A DNA stretch of 64,000 nucleotides from Utricularia gibba (lineage: Eukaryota; Plantae; Magnoliophyta): positions 1,860,001-1,924,000 of the forward strand of contig NEEC01000013.1 in assembly GCA_002189035.1 (NCBI GenBank). The letters run 5' to 3'. Positions within the stretch are counted from its first letter, which is position 1. The number at the start of each line of letters is the position of its first letter. A program made the translations under genes and the position numbers. Under the pieces are notes generated by a model, which was not told the DNA's origin, ran no database searches, and was given only the letters and a program-made list of their open reading frames with translations. Positions 55,959 through 64,000 of the stretch are shown piece after piece.

Positions 55959-56405
55959 TCTGGTGGAAGTCCAAAGTTTTGGAGCTCTGAACACGGGAAA
56001 CAGGGGAGGCTTTAGATTTCAAAGCCATTGATGGTTAGTTGGATCGCATAGTAGCCCTGTACATGCATAAACTGATACAAGGAATTCATTGTGTAAATCA
56101 TGACTGCTCTTCTAGATGACAACTAACAGAATGAACCATCTGGTAGTATCAGTACAGTTGGGGCATAAAACCAAAAGAAGAACAAGTAGTGGGGCGAAAG
56201 TAAGTTTTAGTAAAATTTGAAGGACCAAATTGACAATTTTGGAAGTAGACAACCAAAACGGGTAATAGAAAGGGTAGAACCGGAATTTTCTTTAGACCCT
56301 TGTAAAACCCTAATGTCTGGAACCTTCCAGGGTTATGTTTAAAGAGCTCGCCACTGTGTAAATATTCAGTTGCTTCACAAAATCGGAAGACTTGGGATTT
56401 CGGAG

Positions 56406-56848
56406 ATGGCTAAGCGGTTGATTCCGGCATTTAACAGAGTGCTTGTGGAGAAAATTGTTGCCCCTTCGCAGACCGCTGCCGGCATTCTCCTCCCGGAAAA
56501 GTCTTCCAAGGTATAAGTCTCATCGTATCGAGTTCACTCCTGTTTTGTGGATGCTCAACGCAAGCGCGATTTGGGTTTTGTCTGCAGCTCAATTCGGCAA
56601 AAGTTGTGGCTGTTGGGCCAGGACTGCGTAACGAGCAAGGGAATTATATCGCTCCTGCGGTGAAAGAAGGCGACACCGTTCTCTTGCCGGAGTACGGCGG
56701 AACTCAAGTCAAATTGGGTGAAAAAGAGTGAGTCTGTGGGTTGTACATTGGAATTTTTTTCTGTGTCCTTGCTTTCTAAAAGGCAATTCCTGTGTTTCAG
56801 GTACCAATTGTTTAGAGACGAGGATCTGCTGGGTATCTTGCATGACTG
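56406..56848 (+). CDS. CPN10: Mitochondrial 10-kDa chaperonin (GroES/HSP10), 3 exons
   Basis: MAKRLIPAFNRVLVEK..GILLPEK/LNSAKVVAVGPG..VKEGDTVLLPEYGGTQVKLGEKE/YQLFRDEDLLGILHD*. Confidence 0.96.
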
Positions 56849-57228
56849 ATGAATCAAGGACTATTCGCAGTTCTAGTTGTGTTTCTGTGTTTTTATCTCC
56901 GGTTATGTGGAACTGATTTCCTGTTGATGAGCATTGAGTACTTATGATTTCTTGATTGGGTTACGCGACTTCATGATTCTTGAGCATCTTTTCAAAAGTT
57001 TGATGGAATGGAATACATACAAACCATCTGTCTGAATGGTAAAATAGAATAGTGTTCAACATGACTCACAGAATACTGCTGAATGGGTCAACTGAGATGG
57101 GGTGCGGAGATGTACTCTTATACACATGATATCACCGAAATGTATGTACAAGAGGCAACCAAGGTTGCCTTTTGTACGTTACAGGGTGACCTTTGACATG
57201 TTCTAATAGAATTACAACACAATTTGGC

Positions 57229-58514
57229 TTACTTAAGATCTTGTAATTTCGGCGAATTGATTAGCGACACCAGGAGTTTGTTGCACGTGGCAACTCCAAA
57301 AGCCGCTGCTAGATGCCACCCCGCATGGAGAAATGGTGTCTCCGGGAAAATATCGTCCGCGAAGAAAAGTGCTCCCCCTAACAGCGATGACATTTTGTGC
57401 AAGGTATGTGCTGTTCTAAGATCAGGATCTTTAACTGCTCTCTTTGCAAATGTCACCTGAAATGAAGCAAGCAACACTCAGCTCTGTAAACTTGATGTTT
57501 CCAAGTGATATTCTGTTTAAGTTCGGCATAGAACCCATTAGTGCATGCCTTACTAAACTCATTCCAGATCCTACATCGAGTCACTAACAAAGGGACAGGA
57601 ATCTGCCGAGAACTTGCCTCCATCATTCCGGTGTGAACAGCAGAAACCATAAGTGGTTGTACAGGGAGAGCCATTGCGGATGCAGCCATAAGAAGTTTGG
57701 AGTTTTCGTTTCTAAGGGCTCTTGACAGGCACTGCAAAAGAAATACATTGTGATCCAAAGCAACTATCAAGTTGAAGCTGCAACAGAAAGCCAATGTTTC
57801 AGCTCTAGCATTGAACAACTTCTGATACTGATCCTTGTTGAAGGATCAATACTCACCACTGACGCTGTAGCTATCATGGTATAGTCAGCCCACCTAAGGT
57901 ACTTCCGCAGCTCACCACTAGAAGAATGGTACAAGCTCGAAGCAACTCCAACTCCCACCAGAGAACTTCCATATATTTTGCAATTGAGATTGTTCCTGCA
58001 TTGAAGGAGCTCAACCGTTGGGAACAGCAATTCGGGTTTGAAAAACAGGCCAGGGCTCAGGAATATAAGTTCACCTTGGAGCCTGGATACCCAAAAGGAT
58101 AAATGGAATAGAGGTCACCACATTAGCAATTCTTTCAGCAAGATTCCTATCACCTGCAAAAGGCACACAGTCAGTTACATATTTGCTCAAACTCAACATG
58201 AATTCAGTCCACTAGATTCTAAGCCTGAAATACCGCTTGCGCAGCAACGGATTGGCCTTAAGCATGGCGGTCTTTGCTGCCACATTTTCCTGATGATGGT
58301 ATTTTTCTAAGCTCGATAAACAGTGAAAGGATGACTTAGAACGATCAAGGTGAATCTGAACTCACTGCACTGTCAGCAGCTGGCCGCTTCCGTAGCCCGA
58401 AACGAAGGAAGAATCGTCATTCTGATTCACCTCTATGGAAGAAAAGGGTGAGTGAGGATCCAACCGCACTCCATGCAATCCATTTAAAACACTCAAATTG
58501 CCCTCGGGATTCAT
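57229..58514 (-). CDS. Uncharacterised multi-TM protein with SxxYH / HxxWH motifs (CREST/ceramidase-like)
   Basis: Exons MNPEGNLS.., KMWQQRPPCLRPIRC, GSSLVGVGVASSLYHSS..LRWADYTMIATAS, CLSRALRNEN..PLMVSAVHTGMME, FFADDIFPETPFLHAGWHLAAAFGVATCNKLL. Confidence 0.85.
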
Positions 58515-60299
58515 ATTGGATTTGGCAATCAGTCAGCAGAAAGAGACTGATTGCCAAAAGGGAAATGAGTGCTCCAAGGTTTGAGACTGGATAGGAACAA
58601 AGAAGCAGATAATCAGAATGACTCAATCATACACGAGAAGAAGGCTACACAAACACTACATACAGGATGAAGAAGCCATTAATGTCATCTCTATAAACTA
58701 CGCCTAACCAACAACGACTCGGGCAATCAGGAACCTGAGTTCGATTGCGGACTCTCTTAGCTGCCAGATCTTTCATTTATTATGCGCTAAACTGACCCAT
58801 ATGGAACCATATGCATAATTCGAGACATGATCAGAGCTCCCAGGCTTCAAAATCGCAACCTACGGTTTGCACGATTGAATTTAAACATTCAAAAGCATGT
58901 ACACTGATAATAATGCCGATCAAAAAAACACCCAGAACCCAAAAACTCAAGCATTCAATCACAACATCACGATCACCCGACTCGCCCCCATCGACCCCCC
59001 ACGATTTCCCAGAAACCGGCATGCAACCCCAAGACCCAGTTTCCCCAAAGAAAACTGGATTCGCAGAGAAGAATTGGAAGAGAAACTCACCGGATGAAGA
59101 ATCGTGCGGCTAGTTGGAGAGATCAGGAGCCATATATATGCGCAAGACACGGGTGTTGTGAAGTATTGACGGAAGATGCGAATTCAAAAGGGTATCTTCC
59201 CAAGGACCGGAGATCTACGCGTATCATCCCATTGGTCCTCTTACAATATAATCAATTTTTTTATTTTCCTATTTATTTAAATGCATAAAAAAACCACTTA
59301 AATTGAACACGTTTTTTTTTCAATGGCAACACTAGCATTGACCACGTGTATTAAATAAATGTTATAATTGATGTAAAGCAATTTGCGTATAGTACGCTGT
59401 CAATTTATTTGAAAAAATATAATTAATGTGCATATTTTTTATATTATATATAAATTTTCCAAATATTTATTTATTTTTATATTTTCCAACTATATTAAAT
59501 TATAAAAAAATTAAAATGGTAGAAAATTAGATTTGCAATAATTTAGTACCATGTAAGACATTCACATTGGCATTTCCTAATCTTTCGTATTGTGTTATTC
59601 TGATTTATGAGGTATATATTAAAATAAGTAATTTTATATCGAGAAATAAAATTTAAATAGTAAAATATATAAAATATTATAGATCAATATTAATTTATTT
59701 TATTTAATCTTTGTAATATAATTTAAATTTTAGATGTATTAATGCTATCAATAGTATGCATCTTTTCTTCTAGCTTTGTATTTTAGTTTGGAGATATGAG
59801 CAAGTTGTATTGTGATGCCTGTGCGTGAATTCAAGTCTCTTGCGAATGGAGTCCTCAGTTCAGAAGCCATTGAATGCAGAAGCAGAAGCGCTCCTCCTCT
59901 TTCTCTCTGCCTGTTTGACTGCTTGACAGCCATGTTCCATCTGTAGCACCAGCTCCCTCCCCCCTCGTTTCCACTTAAAAAAACACAAACAAAATGCTCA
60001 GAGTTCGAAGATCCTTCAGAAGAGAAGATGAGAGATACACCAGTCATTTATATCGATTCTAAACGAGCGGCGTCTGTGAAATCATCCCAAGTGTCGCCAT
60101 CACTTTCTGCTGCTCGGTAACCATACAAAGCTCAGTCTTTCACTTTCTCTCCCCATTCTCTCGAACTCTTCTTCTTCTTCTTCTTCCATTTTTTGTTTCC
60201 TTTTCAGATCCTCTCCACTTTCTCCGGGTTCCCTCTTCCTTGGGTTCTTTTGCCGCTTTTTCCTCCCAACAGCTTTCCGCGAGCGTGCAACTCTAGAAA

Positions 60300-60551
60300 A
60301 TGACGGTTTCTTTGAGGATGAAGAGACAGCGATGTGAAGCCGTTTCTAAAGTTGTTACTTTTTCAATTGGGTTGCTCCTGATTCTCTCATCCGTGGATGC
60401 AACCAGCCGATCACGGTGGGCGCCGGCGAGGGAAGAGCGGTTCTTTCATCCGAAAGCTTTGAGTAATGAAACGGAGGCTCATCGGATGTATGCTGGTTTT
60501 GAAGAGGAGGAGAGACTGGTGCAAACCGGACCAAACCCCCTTCACAACTGA
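60300..60551 (+). CDS. CLE: CLE peptide precursor (CLE16/17-like), mature peptide RLVQTGPNPLHN
   Basis: 83-aa intronless ORF with hydrophobic signal segment VVTFSIGLLLILSSVDA and a terminal 12-aa CLE box directly before the stop. Confidence 0.9.
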   Translation: MTVSLRMKRQRCEAVSKVVTFSIGLLLILSSVDATSRSRWAPAREERFFHPKALSNETEAHRMYAGFEEEERLVQTGPNPLHN

Positions 60552-61214
60552 AGCTGAAATTCAGAAAAAACATACATATAATGGAACTTTGCTACCATGG
60601 ATTCTGATGCGCTGCTTCTTTTCCTCACTGATGTTGTTTGCCGTTTTCTTCATTAGAATTAATTGTAGCAAAGACGACTCTTTAGGTTGTATTCTCTTCA
60701 GTCAGTTCAATCAATCCTGATTGCTTCTTCTGTTCCCTATCAAACCATGTCCCAGAAAAGCACACTCTTACATCCACATAAAAGTGATCACCTCGGCAGC
60801 TCTAAAGCATGCACTCCTTGAAAACTGCCCATTTTGGCTGCTTTTCTTATTCATGTAATGAAATCATATTTCCAGGGTTCACTTCGTAAACTATTTCATA
60901 TGTGATGTACTTGAAACCAAACTCCACAAAACTGTTCGAAAGACAGCCAGCCAAGTGTCTTCCTTTCAACACTCTTCATTGGACAGTGTGTGTTTATGTA
61001 TGATAGGTTTATTATTATTGCTAGAGGGAAGAAGGTAAATCAAATGGCAAGGCTGAGTCAGAAGGATGCAGAAAAAGAGCAGTTTTTTTTATGTATATGG
61101 TATCTAGACGGCCATATAGATGATACTCGTCACTGCTGCCCTTTCTTGTTTCCCTTTCCTTGCAGTATGTGTTGTGGATTCTTGTTTTTCTTTTGTGTGT
61201 CCGGTTCGGGTTCC

Positions 61215-61236
61215 GCTGCTGCTGCTGCTGCTGCTG
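61215..61236. repeat. (GCT)n microsatellite
   Basis: About 7 tandem GCT units. Confidence 0.85.
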
Positions 61237-63586
61237 TTCTGTTAAAACATTTACTGTTGGTGTCTTAATGCTGCAGTTATTGTTCTTCATCTACTCTTTC
61301 GGTCTCAAGCATTTGATTTGATTCTTCTCCCATTGGCCGCAGTGGCACCAACCTCCGCACTTTTTGCCACCTCCCGTCCCCACAACCTGCAACACCCTCC
61401 TCCTCATCCAAATATACAACATGTTTAGTCTTGGTACTTTACCATACCTAACCCACACTGGTGTTGTACATGGCTCGAAATAATAGATATCTTGCAAATC
61501 GTTATGAGTCATTCTGTACATGGCATACCGTTTTAAAACTTGTTTTAAGTAAATCATCTTTTATATTGAAAGCTTATTCGTCTAAGGATACGTCAAAATT
61601 AAAATTATTGTTTTATGTTAGACTTCAACTATACCACAAAGTGATCAGGATGTTCTTGACGATACAAATCGAAATAACTGATTCGATGAGAATGTGATTT
61701 TTGACTTACAAAACATAGGTGTTTCATTTTATGATGTGAAATTTTAGTTTTTGAGACGATCCATTGCAATATTACGGATGTGTGATCAACACACATACAA
61801 ATTATAAGGACACAAAGTTTTGGTAACTCGGAAATCCGAAGGAAAAATCAGAAACGCTCAACATGTTAAACAAATTGATTTTAATAGAATTGAATAAATC
61901 GATATAATAATCGATCATAATCAAAATCTGAATAGCATTTAAAACATATGCATATATTGTATGTAAAATGTTTGGTGTATAGTAAAATGAGAGATAAATA
62001 AGATGTGTAAATAAGATAAATAATGAAATAGTAGAAATTGATGTGGTTGGGTTAATAGCGAAGTAAGTTTGTAATGTTTGATAAATAATTTTACAAGGAT
62101 AAAAAAAAAAAGAAAATGAGAATTCAGTGATTCCCACGTACCATGCAATGACACATCATCATTATTACACAATGAACAAAAGATGCTGTGTCCGCTCGTA
62201 CGGTCCACATCCTATCGCTTTTATGATGTCCATACCTTAAGTTAGGTAAACACACACAACTAACCGCCCTGCTTACTTATTACTCTCATTTATTCAAAAA
62301 AAATTGGATGTGTATTTTGTTTCTATCTCAGACATTAAATTCATTTTTATTACAAAATGTCATCTTTTGAAATAATTCTAAGTTTTCACCACACCCAACA
62401 AACACGAGTTAATTTGAAAAATACCCACTGTAATTTAACTATATGATAAAAGTATTCATCTTATGTTAAAAAAATAGTTTTAATGTATAAGAGATACTAG
62501 TACAATAGATACTTTAATAAAAGACCCAACAAACATAGCATATGAGACTACTGGAGTACATGTGGTTGGTCATCCCGACCCGACCCGACCTCGTAAACAG
62601 TGGCTGAGGTTGAAGTATTTTTTGAGAGGGATCCATTTGTAGGATTATTTTGAATTAAAAAAATAAATACTTATAGCTGGTTTGCAAATGCTTTTGTACT
62701 TCAATAGGATTGGAGAAGGTAAAGGGACAGCCCCATGGATATTTATATGGGGAACATGGATGGTCATTGTCTCCTTCTCCCCTCCGTACATGGGTTGGTG
62801 GCTATGGTTTTAAATAAGATATATTAATTGTAAATTTGAAAAAAAATGACATCAATGGAAAAGGTTTGTGATAGAAGTATGAATCTCACGTTGGTTACAG
62901 ATGAATAAAAAATATAAAATTGAATAAAATGATTACGCAAATCTTACATGATATATTTTTTTCAACATGGTAAAAATTCTTAACATGAACTCCAAAGTTA
63001 AAAAGAATGTAAAATTATTAAGGTTGTATATTCAAAACAAATAATATTGTATAAATTGTAAAGATATTTTTGTTATGTTCAAATCGAATAATATTAAAAA
63101 TTAGTGTTTGGTAGTATTAGAGTGGGCGAAGTCCAATCCAATGGGCTCAATAAAGGCCCAAATGTGAAAGGTGGGGGAATGTGGGGCTAGATGGGCTCCG
63201 CCACGTGGTAGTTTTTTAATGGTAAAATATTTTAATAAAATAGTAATTGATACATTGATGGTTGGGAATTCATAAATTTGATAACATTTTAATAAAATTG
63301 ATTATCTTTAATATTAATTTTCTGTATTGATATTTAAATAAATTGAGTATCGATAAATTTATAAATCATCCAATGATATTTTACAATGTTGGAGGTGATA
63401 TCTGGTGCGGTAAACTCCAGCGAAGAACGGGTGCACCGTCGCTGTGACTGGAAACTGGAAGCATTTCGGTTACCGAGTCCCATCATTATTCTTCATTCTG
63501 CATGTATTCAAAGTGTCTGACTGTGCAAAGGCTGGACAGATTCATTCATGTCTCCGTACGATTCTGAATCCGGTGATCTTGTTTTT

Positions 63587-64000
63587 TCAGAGTTTCCCGT
63601 TCCGAGCGCACTCTTCGATCTCCGAGAAATCCAGGAATTCATCGAAACCGCTGCCCAGCAGAAACCTGTGAAAACACCGACAGTTTACAGCTTCTGATTT
63701 GAGGCGACGAAGAGTTCGAATCTGAATTCAACGCCGGGAGTTCAGTCGATCATACTTGTCTAAGAGAGATGAAGCCATGGCTTGGCAGCCGCCTCGGATC
63801 GTTGACTGCATGTTCACAGCAATATTCGGGTTGTGGATGCTCTGCCGGAGATGGATCCACCCGTACTCCCCATGCTCTGCATCTGAAACCTTGGCCCTGA
63901 ATTTCAAAACATGGGAATGCATACGCTGTGAACTTGAAAATCCATGAAACCCTCTTCACAAAACCCCAACTTGAATGGCTTACCTGTACATGTAGGCGTC
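63587..64000 (-). CDS. 3' end of a phosphoglucomutase/phosphomannomutase-like gene (At1g70820-like), truncated by the window edge
   Basis: Spliced DAYMYR/AKVSDAEHGEYGWIHLRQSIHNPNIAVNMQSTIRGGCQAMASSLLDK/FLLGSGFDEFLDFSEIEECARNGKL*. Confidence 0.82.

Noticed and set aside
60900-61420. Possible lncRNA or pri-miRNA around the (GCT)n tract
   Set aside because: No known mature miRNA sequence or convincing long hairpin seen by eye.

Overview
Plant nuclear DNA from a gene-dense eudicot with short introns; the species cannot be determined from sequence alone. The window holds about 20 protein-coding genes, in order: RLP4-like malectin-LRR protein (3 frameshifts at G/C homopolymers), HHO/NIGT1 GARP factor, S1/P1 nuclease ENDO2, DUF1639, DUF789, a 64-aa Cys/Gly-tailed membrane microprotein, RING-H2 E3, DUSP12/Yvh1-like phosphatase, ELP2, two tandem mitochondrial ATP synthase beta genes, ALIX/BRO1, cytosolic RPI, RING-CH E3, a J-domain protein, a double uridine-kinase/CYTH-type protein, CPN10, a CREST-like membrane protein, a CLE peptide precursor and the 3' end of a phosphoglucomutase-like gene. 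There are two pseudogenes (GIS3/ZFP6-like C2H2 and RHA2-like RING-H2) and one non-autonomous hAT element (8-bp TSD, TIRs) carrying three tandem palindromes. The most interesting items are a candidate peptide uORF upstream of RPI, a ~550-bp homogenised tract between the ATP-beta paralogs, the palindrome array, the uncharacterised microprotein and CREST-like genes, and several orphan promoter islands that may drive unannotated ncRNAs. No prokaryote-style novel system, CRISPR array, tRNA, rRNA or recognisable miRNA was found. Gene identities and Arabidopsis locus IDs are recalled from family knowledge, not from searches. Coordinates of multi-exon genes are start-to-stop spans read by eye.
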